DNA of 64,000 nt from Podarcis tiliguerta. Lineage: Eukaryota. Each line of letters opens with the position of its first letter. Positions within the stretch are counted from its first letter, which is position 1. Positions 46,401 to 57,912 of this stretch are shown here, piece by piece. The stretch is from the NCBI GenBank assembly GCA_965153285.1, contig OZ229112.1. One strand, 5' to 3'. The notes beneath the pieces were generated by a model. It did no database searches, was not told the origin of the DNA, and worked only from the letters and a program-made list of their open reading frames with translations. The position numbers were made by a program, and so were the translations under genes.

Positions 46401-49400
46401 AGACTGAAGGTCCCAGCAAAGGGAGAGGGCTTACAAGCAACAGGAGGGATTATAGACTACTTGGATAGAAAGGAGAACAAGATCTTTTGATAGTCTGCAG
46501 AACCCAATTGTTTGTTAACTGATAGAACATAAAGCCATCTATTTTTACAGATTTTGGAAGTGCACAAATGGCTGCAGGGAAGAGAGGAAGAAAACCCAGG
46601 GCATACCTATTTGTATTATGTTGGCTTTCATCCTCTATAAAAGGTAATGCTAAAATTTTAATATTTCTCTTCAGTTTTACAAACCCACAATGCTCCCAGA
46701 ATGAAATATACTGTATATTAAACATGACATAATTTTATACCTGCAAAACTGTAAGAAAGCAGATTTTAACATTTTGGTCTTATCCTCTTGCGCTATAATA
46801 TCCATCCTGGAAGCAGCATCAAATGCAATGCTCTAAAATAAAATTGAAAAAGAGAGAAAAATGTAAAGGGAGGAATAATGCTTCCACAAAAAAGTAGTTT
46901 GAAATAGTAAAAATGCTAACTTTGAAATAACTAAATTATCTAAGAAAATCCCGTGCAGGAATATACGCCTTTACTGTTAAGACAATTAAGACAATGCTTT
47001 CCCTCCTTACCTCATCATTTGTCTCAGCTACAGATGAGGCTAAAGATTCCTCAATATCTTCAGGAAGCACAGTAATGTTTTCCCTGGAATGTATGGCCAC
47101 GAGCCCACTTTTTCTAGTGAAAAAAATTGGAAGTCCAGCACAGGAACCTGCTCCTAAAATTCTATCACCTAAGGTAGGAAATAAACACAACACAATACAA
47201 CTTCAACACCATTAATGAATGTCAAACTGTGGGCTTAAGTTTGATTTGCTAAGCTATGTTATAAGCACAAGTTAAAAGGCTGTAAGGCCTGGTTTTCAGA
47301 GTTATCAAGTGAAAAAGTAACAAGACAGAGTTTATTTCCTATGCCTACAATAATAACTCTACATAACATAATTGGGATTGTTCTTAAATCTGAGATTTCA
47401 CTGTTAGGCCTGTAACTGCTTAAGTCATTGAGACTTCAATTCTATACACACTTACCTGGAAGTAAGGCCAATTGATCTCAATGGGACTTATTTCCGAGTA
47501 GACATGTATAGGATTGTACTGTGAGTCAATGGCAAGATGAATAATCACTGCTATATCTGTACCACTGCTATACCTATGACCATTTCCATAAAAAGTAAAT
47601 ACAGTAAATTTTAAAAGCATAATCGTTCTGGAGAGACACTATAAACACCCTCATTGGCTTATTAAGAGCTCCGGCTTCTTTAGGTTCTGACCTTGAATAC
47701 TGAATATCATTTTCTCCTGGGGCAAAGAAATTCTTCCTGTTCCTGTTGAGCAAGCAAATACCTCCTCTTCTGTGTAAAGACAGGCAGCATGGCTGGAGAA
47801 ATTTGGGACTACTAAACGACACATCAGTTCTTCAGGCTGAAATGTGTTTCATTAAGGGTTAACACCGACATTTATAAAAGCATATTACCCTCAACCTGTT
47901 AGCATGACACCTATGCGTTTGTATGAAGCCTAACGGCTTGATCCCAAAGGGGCAGGGAAAACAGGCTGAAAGTGACACATTTGTGGTTGGTGTTGCCAAC
48001 TCCACATAGTTTTCCATAATAGTATAATATGTTTAGGCTGATATCCGCCTCTAGGCTGCTAACATAAGTGTTCATGTATAAAATAAATGGTTGTTGTTGT
48101 TGCTCTTATTTTATACCCACCTTTCCCCCCTTAATGCAACAGGTGAACACAGTCAGCATGATGTATTTCCAACAGTGTGTTTAGGATCAAGCCCTAATAG
48201 CTAATAAGGCACAAAAAACCCCTGTAATGCATAAGGTCAGTTACCTGAAATGGTGGATTATACTGGGTGACTTCCACAATAACATTATCACATGTGGGGT
48301 AACCATTATCCTCTACTGTTATTAAAGTATAGTAGATGAGGCATGGACTGTCACCAAGATGCCAGGCTGCAGCTAAAATCACCAATCCATCACTATTTAT
48401 TGGAAGACAAAAGAGATAAGCATTTGCCTTGCAAAACTGTGATCAGAAATACCAAGAAGCAAAACAAAGTTTACTAATTATCTGACAGCATTCACTTTGC
48501 TCTTCTTAGAAAATAGTATCTTAAGAATATGTACACATGCATCTTTTTACATGCTGCATGTAAGCAAATTCATTACATTTATATGCTAAGCCTTTGCATA
48601 TTCCTTGGCTTTTGAAGGGAGGAGAAACCACAGCATTTCACAGAAGATCCGTGATTAAATTACAGAAATTGGCATCTTATTCTGGGTGGAGAACTTCTAA
48701 AACAAGGAAAACTCATGCTAGACTTAAAAACCAAGAAGAAATTAAGTATTTTCTAAAATGTCAATTCTCGTAACAGTTCTGCAGCTTGAAATAACTGACC
48801 CTGACACAAAAGGACAATGTATACGCTAGTTCATAATAGGTTCCTCACTTTCTCATAGAAACTCACCGATTTTGCTGCAAATCCAAATACTGCACATTGA
48901 CATCTCCTTTAATTTCTTCATAGTTGCTTTCAGAACCCTGTGTAAATAATAGTTATTAAATATGCTAGCAAGAAAGCAAACACTTGTTTTACATTCCAAA
49001 TGTACTGCCTCTTACCCATATTGATTCCATGATGTTTTCTTTAAGTATTCTGTTTACATCCCAGCTGACAACTTGACGCTCTGTAGTATCATCTATTTCC
49101 CATTTGTAAAGATTTAAGCTGGTCAAAGCATAAAAACGTGAACCGTTTTTGTCCCAAAGAACACTAGAAAGCTGCATTAAACATAAATTATAGGGGATTA
49201 GTGTTTGATACAATAAAGTTCTCTATTTAAAGTTTTAAAGAATAAAACAGAACTGTTTAACGCCACATCTCAAAAACTAAAAACAAGTTTCTCTGCACTT
49301 TGCTGAGATTGGTCAGATTGGCTTTAGTGTTTCACAAATGTGAGAATTTCAAGCTAGATCAAGAACCAGTTCTGGAAGACACAAGCACTAACTGATAAGA

Positions 49401-52400
49401 CTAAAGTCCATCAGTATCATGGTCAGATATTCGATACTTTTTGTAATTCTACTACTTTTTAAAGCTGATGTTGTAAGATGCTTCCCTCATACGAAAGAAA
49501 CTAAAAAATCCAAATACAGCATCATAATTAAGTTTAAACTATTTTAAAGACTTACTGCTATATCATTGCTGGGAGACAAGATTCCCAGCAGAGAAGAAAC
49601 TCTTCGGCCTATTCCAGAAAACATGCCTTGTCCTTGTGGTAGGCCATGCTGATAAATCTTGCCACTACTGTCTGGTGTCAGTCGAATAAAATGGCTCCTT
49701 GAAGATGATAAAATAAAGCTTCCACCCTAAAAGAAAAGAAACCCCAATTTAATCCTGCCAGCTTTTTGTTGCTACTGCATTATTATTCAGTTTTTAAAAA
49801 GAGAATACAGACTTGCTAATCCAACTCACAGCAACATTTTATTCTGTTTTACATATACACTGTGAGAAAAAAAGGCATTTCATCACTTATGGACAATGGT
49901 CAGTGACAGGACACAATCCAGATTTCCCAGAGTTGTTAACAATGCCCCATAAAATGCATGCTCATACTTAAGTTTCTATTTTACCTTTACAGCTGTTAGA
50001 AAACTGCAGAGAGCACCTCCAAAGTCCGTATGGGTCTCAGTAAAAGAGCTTTCATGAACAAAGCTGGGCCAATAGCGTATTAATCCTTCACAGGTGGCAA
50101 CCATGATTGACAGAGACTTGCAAACACAGCAAATAAAAAAATGGTTAAGTATTTATTCAGAATCTGAGCAACAAATTTACACCAGTTTCAAGCTTCTCGT
50201 GTCATGGTTTCTAGACAAGCAGCTCTAGAAACTAATTGTGTGAAGGAACAAAAACTCATTTGTGAGGCTGTTGAAGAATGTAAAGTTATTTCAAGCTTTT
50301 TTAAAATCTGTAGTGCAGTGTAGTAAGATAAACAGGCTGATACAATTTATGCAGTACAAGCTACAGGCTAATTTTCTATTTATTCATTCATAAGTAAATT
50401 GTAAACAAGATCCATTTGTAAAAGTAATACTATCAGCTCTAGCAAACTGAACATTGGATTACATCATGAGTGTAATTTCTACATGATCTCCAGCTATGTC
50501 GGTTTTCTGGAAATACTGAATTGAAAAACTTTCTTCTGTAAATTAGTCTAATTTGCATAGGAAATTTTTCAGTTTGCATTGCATGCCGAAGACAATAATT
50601 TAATTTACCATGTTCATTTTACTTGTATTTCATTTTTTAAAGCTTTTTTAAAAAGCTTGAAACTGCAAAGTTTGCCTAATATTGTACTTGAAATTGGCAT
50701 CCATTGATTGTTACAAATGAACTTAAAATATGCTCCACATCACTTGTGATCCTGTAACAAAAGATGGGATTCATTACTTTCCTAAATGATATTCCCAAAA
50801 TAAATGTTAAGTTTCTCACCTGTAAAGAAGGTGCTTCACCAGAGGCATTAAGAGACGATATTGCCACTAAGCTTGAATTCCACAGATAGTCGCTAGGTGG
50901 TAACTGAAGTTCCTTACACGCAGACAACTGCAAAAAACACACATTTTATGATGCTTCTTTTATGAGTTTCTTGAACAAAATGAATAATGGTCTATATTAA
51001 CAGTTCAGTGTCTACTAAAGGCACTTTGGAAACAGCAATGGTGCAGAAGTAACAGGAAGTGGAAATTTCTGCCACAGCTGAAATGCAGTTTTTGCATTTA
51101 TGAGCTAGCACAAATGTTCTGTTTTGGATGCAATGGAAAAGCATGCGAAAAAGAAGCCACGTGCTTTGTACTTCCTTCTGCATCACCAACACATTAAAGT
51201 TGCACTAAGGCCTAGTTCTCGTATACAGCATATGAGATGGCATATGAAATGTAGATTTGACTGTACTCATGGGTAAATGGTTGAAAGCAGGAAATACCAC
51301 CATTAGAGTATATCGCTAGTTTCTGACAAAACATTAGGGCTCCAATCCTAACCACACTTACCTGGAAGCTCCACTGAACTCAAAACAGTCTTTTGAGGCT
51401 ACTTAAAGACTCAATGAGACAACAGAAAATAAGAAACTTATTAAGGTGAACACTAGTTTTTACTTTAGCAGAGATACCAACTCATGTAAGGTCTTAACTT
51501 TTTGCAGAGAGGACTTTGAATGTGGCAACACAGAAGTACCCTAAGTTGATGAGGCTCATAGCAATGTCACTGTTTTGAGGTTGCTCATTTGCTACGACAC
51601 TTTATTTTGAAGATGTACATTACAACAAAAATCTACAATTCTATATTTGATGTACTATTATCTTACCTTAGCAACCGGAGACTGGCCAATCTTCCAAATA
51701 ATCAGTCTGTCTCTGTAGACTAGCCAAGCCCATCCACTTTCATCTAGATGCACATTCAAATGGTCCTCAGCTACAAGAATGAACAAAGTTTTAAATTTAT
51801 CATACCTGACGCATAGCAGAATAAGATACCCAAGTGTACATTTGAAGCCCTATACATTTTATTGAATGGCACCTACTTTACCCAGTGTTGTTTGGGGACA
51901 TAGCCTACTTAAAACCATTACCATTATGATGACTTGCTAGAATAGGCCCTTTACAGTTTGTGGGTAACGTTAAATAAAAAGCAACAATGCTAGCAGATGA
52001 CCTACATGCATTTAGGTGATTTTTACCCCACCTTTTGCAAAGCAGTTCCAAAGAACTTTACAATAAAAACTAATAATAAATAAAAACATCAGCATATAAA
52101 ACAATAAACAAGGCTAATTAAATCAGCAGCTGAAATAAAAATAAAACAGCTGATTTTCAGTTTTCCAACTCAATGAATGCTTCCTCTCACACATCACCTG
52201 GTTTCTGTTCCATCCCCACAGAACTTGCATTTCATGGCCATTGAGAAGTTCTCTTTTTGGGGTTCCCCCCTTTCTTTCTAAATTTTTAATATCTACAAAC
52301 CTCGGGGTTTCCCTGAGTCTGTTCTTCCCTTATGTGTGGGTGATGCCATTTTGGCAACAGAAGCAACAGCTTTCACAGCCTGAAAATCAGAATTGGGGGG

Positions 52401-54527
52401 GGGGGGTTTGATGATGACTGTGCACCAGATAAATATGCCTGGGAAGGGAGTTCCATGACCTGGACATCACCACACCAGGGTGTGGCGAGGACCCTCTCTT
52501 TGGTGGCCTAAACTCTAAAGTAGGGGCATCTGAATATAGACTTATGTGAAAGATCTTAACTGTGTGGGAGAAGTTATTATTCTGACTATCCAGACCATTT
52601 AGGGGTTCGATGGTCAAAACCAGGAACTGAATTTAGCCTGGAATCACACTGGCAATCAGTGAAGATCTTCCAACATTGGTCTATTATGGTCATGGTAATC
52701 AGTCAGTTACCACTCTGGCAACTGTATTCTGAACCCATTGCTTCTGGATGTTTTTAAAAGGCAGCCCCATGTTCAGTGCATTACATTAACCTGACATAGA
52801 TGTTATCAGAACATGGACAACTTTGGGCAGACTATTTCTCTCCAGGCAGAATGAAGCTTGCACACTGACTGAAGTTAGAAAAGGCATGACATATTTCTGA
52901 AGCCATCTGCACAATGATGGATCTAAGAACAACCTCAAACTTTGATTCCCCTCCCATTAAGTGGGAGTGTAAACCCATTTAAGGCAGGCTAAATTTCACA
53001 TCTTTGGTTTGTTAAGCCATTACCCCATACCATCAATTCCTTGTCTGGAATAAGCAATATCTCATGTATGAGTACAAGGGCTAATTTGCATATTTATATT
53101 TCAAACTTAACTGCATGCTGACTGAAACATTTATCTAGTCTAGGAACATTAGACGGAATTAAACTACTTACCATCAGCCATTCTCAATGCCTCCATAACC
53201 TTTACTGGCAGAGGTGAACCAAAGCTTTTCACGTCATAGTTGATGGTTTCACTTCCTGATGGATGATGTACAACTTTTGTGGGTGTACCTCTAAGCAAAA
53301 AGATGTATGTAATGCCATAAACATTCTCAATATTTCAGTTTCAATTGAGTAAATTGCATTAATCCAATACCATGTTATGTTTTTAATTTTCTTGTAATTG
53401 TTTGAACAAATGTGTACCTTTTTTAAGCTATTCAACCAAATGTTTCTTCAGTTTATAGAAGCTTCCACATTTTACTTCACTTCTGCATTGTTTCTGTTGT
53501 GCAAGGGAGTGGTGCCTGCTGCCTTAAAAAAGATGGTGGCACAACCACTCCTAAAGAAACTGGCCTTGGACCCCGTGGATTGGAATAACTACTAAACAAT
53601 CACAAAAGCCGGCTCCTTGGGGCAGGTGATGTAGAAAGCTGTGGTGGCGCACCTGCAGGCATTCTTGGATGACAGATTATTTAGATCCAGTCCAGTCTGT
53701 TTCCAGGCATGGTCATGACACAAGAGCTGGCCTTGGTTACACCCCCCACCGATAGATAACTTTCACAGAGAGCGGAACAGCAAGAGTGCAACCTACTTCC
53801 TGCCCTCTCTGTGGCATCTGATACCACTGACCATGGCAGCCTCCTGAACTGGCTCCGTGGCATGGGAACCAGGGGCACTATGCCACAGCAGTTCTTCTCC
53901 TACTTTCTGGACCATGAATATGATTGGGAGAGGGCTTTTCAGCCCTTTGGCAGTTACGGTAGGGTGTACTGCAGTTTATGCAATGCAATTTAATAGACGG
54001 CAGTTATATGACACTTAAGCATTCGTCTTGCTTCCATCCCAATTTGTTTATATCTCTTCCCATCAAGTCATTTGTTCATCCCATAATTTGCAGTGAATTT
54101 CCTCTTCACTGGTACAAAGTCAAGTTCTTTTTTAACAGTGGATTTGCTGCCCTAGGGCGACACAGCCTTTTATTCCACCTCCAGCTCAGCAAACATAGTC
54201 CCGGGGTGCGCTTAAATCCCTCCCACAAAACGAGCGAGGCGCCCTTCAAGAGGAAAACCAACGCGCGAGACGGGCAGCCGATGTCCTGACCAGGGAAGGG
54301 AAGGCTCCCTACCGCGGCCGGGCTGAGCAGGGCGGGCCCGGCCTCCTCACTCACCGCGCAGACAGAGAACTGACGCTCCTCCTGGCCACCGGCGAGAATA
54401 AAGCCGGGGAACTGAGGGACGAGGTCGCGAAGGCCTGTTGGCCCTTCCGGCTTCCACTCCGGAGGCCTCTCCGGCCCGACCCGCCGCCCGCCGCCGTGTG
54501 AGGCGAGCCGGGGGTTGAAGGGAACAT
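27529..54527 (-). CDS. NUP133: Nucleoporin Nup133 (Y-complex), 26 coding exons, about 1147 aa
   Basis: All 26 exons located with GT-AG boundaries and consistent phases (sum 3444 nt). Includes the ALPS loop [65 protein letters not shown] and C-terminal EFVLKANYE. Confidence 0.96.
27992..28080 (-). CDS. NUP133: NUP133 exon 25
   Basis: [29 protein letters not shown]; 89 nt. Confidence 0.93.
31962..32026 (-). CDS. NUP133: NUP133 exon 24
   Basis: [21 protein letters not shown]; 65 nt. Confidence 0.91.
32924..33267 (-). mobile_element. Sauria SINE in NUP133 intron 23
   Basis: Near full-length copy with 10-bp target duplication TATTTGACTG (32914..32923 and 33268..33277). Confidence 0.92.
33524..33604 (-). 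CDS. NUP133: NUP133 exon 23
   Basis: [27 protein letters not shown]; 81 nt. Confidence 0.93.
33935..34088 (+). mobile_element. Squam3-like SINE, internally deleted
   Basis: AGCTCAGTGGCAAAGCATCTG head; GAGCTAGATGGACC...CAGCTTCCTATGT tail. Confidence 0.65.
36077..36195 (-). CDS. NUP133: NUP133 exon 22
   Basis: [39 protein letters not shown]; 119 nt. Confidence 0.93.
37061..37142 (-). mobile_element. Bov-B (RTE clade) LINE extreme 3' end
   Basis: Reverse of ...CCATGGGGTCACGAAGAGTCGGACACGACTGAACGACTAAACAACAACAAC; 12-bp target duplication AAATTAAGGGGT. Confidence 0.85.
37207..37342 (-). CDS. NUP133: NUP133 exon 21
   Basis: [45 protein letters not shown]; 136 nt. Confidence 0.93.
37408..37442. 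repeat. (AC)n microsatellite
   Basis: About 17 AC units. Confidence 0.95.
38804..38962 (-). CDS. NUP133: NUP133 exon 20
   Basis: [53 protein letters not shown]; 159 nt. Confidence 0.94.
39166..39522. mobile_element. Young Tc1/mariner-type MITE, copy 2 (NUP133 intron 19)
   Basis: Same TIRs, TA duplication and internal array as 7933..8287. Confidence 0.9.
39848..39981 (-). CDS. NUP133: NUP133 exon 19
   Basis: [44 protein letters not shown]; 134 nt. Confidence 0.94.
41033..41275 (-). CDS. NUP133: NUP133 exon 18
   Basis: [54 protein letters not shown]...[14 protein letters not shown]; 243 nt. Confidence 0.91.
42585..42684 (-). CDS. NUP133: NUP133 exon 17
   Basis: [33 protein letters not shown]; 100 nt. 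Confidence 0.92.
43181..43303 (-). CDS. NUP133: NUP133 exon 16
   Basis: [41 protein letters not shown]; 123 nt. Confidence 0.93.
43851..44075 (-). CDS. NUP133: NUP133 exon 15
   Basis: [40 protein letters not shown]...[10 protein letters not shown]; 225 nt. Confidence 0.94.
44160..44251 (-). CDS. NUP133: NUP133 exon 14 (5' boundary 44251 or 44248, tandem acceptor)
   Basis: [30 protein letters not shown]; acceptor AAG|CAG. Confidence 0.88.
44367..44530 (-). CDS. NUP133: NUP133 exon 13
   Basis: [54 protein letters not shown]; 164 nt. Confidence 0.93.
44600..46470 (-). mobile_element. Decayed DIRS1-like tyrosine-recombinase retrotransposon in NUP133 intron 12
   Basis: Inverted repeats near both ends plus methyltransferase-like and tyrosine-recombinase C-terminal peptide remnants on the minus strand (see findings). 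Confidence 0.72.
46741..46832 (-). CDS. NUP133: NUP133 exon 12
   Basis: [30 protein letters not shown]; 92 nt. Confidence 0.92.
47011..47168 (-). CDS. NUP133: NUP133 exon 11
   Basis: [52 protein letters not shown]; 158 nt. Confidence 0.93.
47692..47836 (-). CDS. NUP133: NUP133 exon 10
   Basis: [48 protein letters not shown]; 145 nt. Confidence 0.92.
48245..48392 (-). CDS. NUP133: NUP133 exon 9
   Basis: [49 protein letters not shown]; 148 nt. Confidence 0.93.
48867..48937 (-). CDS. NUP133: NUP133 exon 8
   Basis: [23 protein letters not shown]; 71 nt. Confidence 0.92.
49016..49171 (-). CDS. NUP133: NUP133 exon 7
   Basis: [52 protein letters not shown]; 156 nt. Confidence 0.93.
49556..49726 (-). 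CDS. NUP133: NUP133 exon 6 (ALPS membrane-curvature loop)
   Basis: [57 protein letters not shown]; 171 nt. Confidence 0.94.
49985..50116 (-). CDS. NUP133: NUP133 exon 5
   Basis: [44 protein letters not shown]; 132 nt; AAG acceptor. Confidence 0.9.
50820..50927 (-). CDS. NUP133: NUP133 exon 4
   Basis: [36 protein letters not shown]; 108 nt. Confidence 0.93.
51667..51770 (-). CDS. NUP133: NUP133 exon 3
   Basis: [34 protein letters not shown]; 104 nt. Confidence 0.93.
52430..52900 (-). mobile_element. L2-clade LINE 3' remnant
   Basis: Similar to the 22150..22245 segment (AAAGGCAGCCCCA...GCATTAC). Confidence 0.55.
53172..53290 (-). CDS. NUP133: NUP133 exon 2
   Basis: [39 protein letters not shown]; 119 nt. 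Confidence 0.93.
53500..53950 (+). mobile_element. L2/CR1-clade reverse transcriptase remnant in NUP133 intron 1
   Basis: [29 protein letters not shown] and [20 protein letters not shown]...FFSY resemble RT domains 1-3, with stops and frameshifts. Confidence 0.75.
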
Positions 54528-54835
54528 CGCGAGCTCAGCAAGAAGAGCCCGAAGGCTTCGCAAAACACAGCAGCGGCGGCGGCAGCGGCACTCAGGAAAC
54601 TCGCGCGCTGCGGGCGCCCCCGTTTGACGTGCCGGCTTGCTGGCGCGTCGGATTTGCGTCACCCATGCCCCACCACGAAGGGGATTGGCTGAAGAGCCCT
54701 TTTTTTCTGTCGCGTCAGAAAGGCGGGAAGTTCCGTTATTCACGTATGGGAGAGAGCGGAGGGAGGAATCACGTGGGTAGTATGAAAAGCGTTTATTCGC
54801 GGGCGGGGACTCGAGAATATTTTTAAACGCCCGTT
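54200..54835 (-). promoter_or_regulatory. NUP133: NUP133 CpG-island promoter, no evident TATA box
   Basis: CpG-rich; TGACGT 54625..54630, CCAAT (plus-strand ATTGG 54684..54688), E2F-like GGCGGGAA 54722..54729, E-box CACGTG 54770..54775. Confidence 0.8.
54355..54527 (-). CDS. NUP133: NUP133 exon 1, coding part
   Basis: [57 protein letters not shown]; donor GTGAG; inside a CpG island. Confidence 0.9.
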
Positions 54836-56947
54836 CTCTCAGTGCTGTGCTTATCACTTTATTTAAAAGTTTTATGCCCCACATCTTCATTCTAAGACTT
54901 AAGTTTGCATGGCAAGTAGCAAGGCAAATCAGAGGAATGTGGGTGCATTTAGCGGGTGGGGGTTGAAACGGGTAATTTTAAACTATTTTAGCATTTTTAC
55001 TTGTGTATGTTTTATAGTTATGATTCCCCCCCCCTTGATTTTACTGTATTTATTTTACAATCAAGCCTTGTACAGAATTTATTAAATAAATAAATAATAA
55101 GGAAAAGTTAAAAGATTGCAGAAGAGGGAAGACAAAGAATCAAGGAAGAAGGGGTGAAGAAAAGTTGGTGACTTAGAGGTAGCAGATTCACTCTAGAATA
55201 GCATTGTAAGGGCCTGTGCTAGTGCCTCTGTGTTTTCTTTTTAAAATAAAAGCACTCCTAATTTGACATTCTGGATAAAACTACAAATTATGGAAGACAT
55301 TGTGATGTTACAAAAAAAAATGGCATTTCTCTATTGGGTTCACTCCCGTGGCATGTTATATCACATCCTGTACCCTGTAATGTCATAAACTGGGTTTGCT
55401 TAATGGAAGAAAGTTAAGTGATGTGGAGCTGGGGTGGAGCCACACAAATCTTTGGCAGCCCCTTGGAAATGTGTAGTTCTGCTCTGAGAGGAGGATATAA
55501 ATAAGCAATAAAAATAATGATCCAAAAATGCATGGTATCATTAAAAAGCAAGGTAAGTTACATAAAACCACAGCTCATGGTTTATCAATGAATTTTAATC
55601 CATAATAGAAAATATTACTGACAAGCAGATAGTGTTGAAAAATAAATATCAATGTAGAAAAAAACTTTTTTTTACTTGAAGTCAGGTATACAGAAGATAG
55701 ACAAACATGTTTTAGACTCTAAACTGTCAAATGCTTTACTTAATTATAAAACTGTTACATCCAGAGACCCCTGAATTACAGATAGTAATAGCTATATAGT
55801 TGTTTGCAATTGTAGGAGTCTGTGCTCTTGTACTCCATTGTTAAAACCTGCATGAAAGGAACTTTGAAGTTACAAAACTAGTAAGCAACATCATACAATG
55901 CACACTACTCCTAGGTTAAGGACATTTGAAGGTAAACCATTTAGAAGTTGGTATAGTCATTATGAAACATTGCAGCAGCCTATGTACAATAGCTTGTCAT
56001 TTAGATCCCCCTGATTTTGAATATAGTAATAATAGTAAGATTTGCACCCATAAAAAATTAAATAATTTGTAGTTTGCTGATTTGAAATTGACATCATTAT
56101 TCGCTCCTTGCAGTATTTCAGTTTGTGAGAATTAATTGCTATTTATGTGCCAATGTAATAAAGACATTGTGAGACTTCTATATTGTCCTAATAAGCACTG
56201 TTGGATTTTATAGTGTTATTTGCAAACTGCAATATAAAATCATCTCAAGAACTCAAATACAGAAAAAGGTCAGGGCTTGTCTCAGAGATACCTGTGCAAA
56301 TGCATGTTATGTGAAGTACTTTGATCAATATGTATCCATGTTCAAAAGCAGATAACCATGGCTTCTAAATATGGTTTGATTTCCGCATTCCTTTCACATA
56401 GGCCAAAATGCTTCTAGATCATCTCATTTTCCTATTACAGACAGTAGAAGGCACTGTACGTTTGTACAGTAGATACATGTGAAAAACTATTAGACAGGCA
56501 CACACTGCTGTAGATGACAATCCCAACTAATGGGTTATAACAAAATTAACCCACAGCAAGTGTGTGGCACAGGCCCTGGAGAAGGCACCACAAGTGCTGT
56601 TCTGAGGGAATAATGTTTCCAATAAAGCTGAATAAGGTGCAAAAATATATGGAGATGGAAACTTTTATAGGTGCTGAGCTAGTCCTGGGTGCCCTTCATT
56701 ATCTCCCCTACCATGTCTGTTCCCAACATGGAAATGAAATGGCATCTGTTTAATATAGAAAGAGGACTTTTCGATTTTAAATTTGCTTTGTTCATATGTA
56801 CAGTTCTGAGAGGTCCACTTCGGATCAAGGAAGAAAATGGACTGAGTGAGGACATGAAGTAGCTGCATAGTTCTCAACTCTGAACATTTCCTGCCTTGGA
56901 CACTAGGTGACAATGAACTCATGTGATGACTTGACATCCATCTAAAT

Positions 56948-57247
56948 CAGTGGTCAGCAAACTTTTCCAGCAGGGGGCCAATCCACTGTCCCTTAGAACT
57001 TGTGGGGGGCTGAACTATATTTTTTTTTGGGGGGGATTAATGAATTCCTATGCCCCACAAATGAGATGCATTTTAAATAAAAGCACACATTCTACTCATG
57101 TAAAAACACCAGGCAGGCCCCACACATAACCCAGAGATGCATTTTAAATAAAAGGACACATTCTACTCATATAAAAACACGCTGATTCCGGATTTAGAAG
57201 GCGATTGGGCCAGATCCAGCCCCTGGGCCTTAGTTTGCCTACCCATG
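56948..57247. mobile_element. hAT-superfamily MITE
   Basis: Perfect 8-bp target duplication ATCTAAAT (56940..56947 and 57248..57255); ends CAGTGGTCAGCAAAC / GTTTGCCTACCCATG; internal duplication of about 47 bp. Confidence 0.88.
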
Positions 57248-57840
57248 ATCTAAATCACCTTTCAGGTGAGACCAACAATTTGGTTCCCATAAGATTTTTT
57301 GAAACAAACAAGACAATTCCTATGAAAGAAGCAAACCATTACTGTAGTATCAGTAAGAATGGGGACAATATTTGGCATGAAAGCTGGACACAGCTCACTT
57401 ATCAGCAGTTAAAAGAGAAGCATTGCAACATGGTAACCTGTAGCATTAAATCCATGAGAAATTATTGAAAAACTTCCCTGTTGTCACGTTACAGATGTAT
57501 GTTACGAAATGCTCTAACAAGAATAAATAAATCTCTCATCTTGAAGAAGCTTGAAAATATTGTGTAGCTGATCAGAAAGGCAGCAGTTCCAAATACATTT
57601 ACTTACAAGCTATTCTACAAAGCTGCAGTGGAATTCACTTTCAGTATTACGTTGAACTTTGTCAAAGGCTCTTACATTAGACTAAAGGTTTGTTAAAAAT
57701 GCTCCTTTTCAAAAGTTGAAATATGCAGCAATGCATTAAGTTCTAAACCAAGAAGTGAGTTAACTGATGTATACAGTTTTATGTAATCTGATAAAATTTG
57801 CAAAGTTAGAAAAAGGACTGTTTACTAGTATTTTAATAAT

Positions 57841-57912
57841 GTTGTTGTTGTTGTTTAGTCGTGTCCGACTCTTCGTGACCCCATGGACCAGAGCACACCA
57901 GGCACTCCTGTC
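57841..57912 (-). mobile_element. Bov-B LINE extreme 3' end
   Basis: Same sequence family as 37061..37142; 12-bp target duplication TATTTTAATAAT. Confidence 0.85.

Noticed and set aside
54528-54890. Open frame extending NUP133 exon 1 by 121 codons upstream (179-aa ORF)
   Set aside because: It runs through the promoter motifs and shows no Nup133-like sequence. MFP at 54527 matches the known vertebrate N-terminus, and GC-rich DNA is poor in stop codons.
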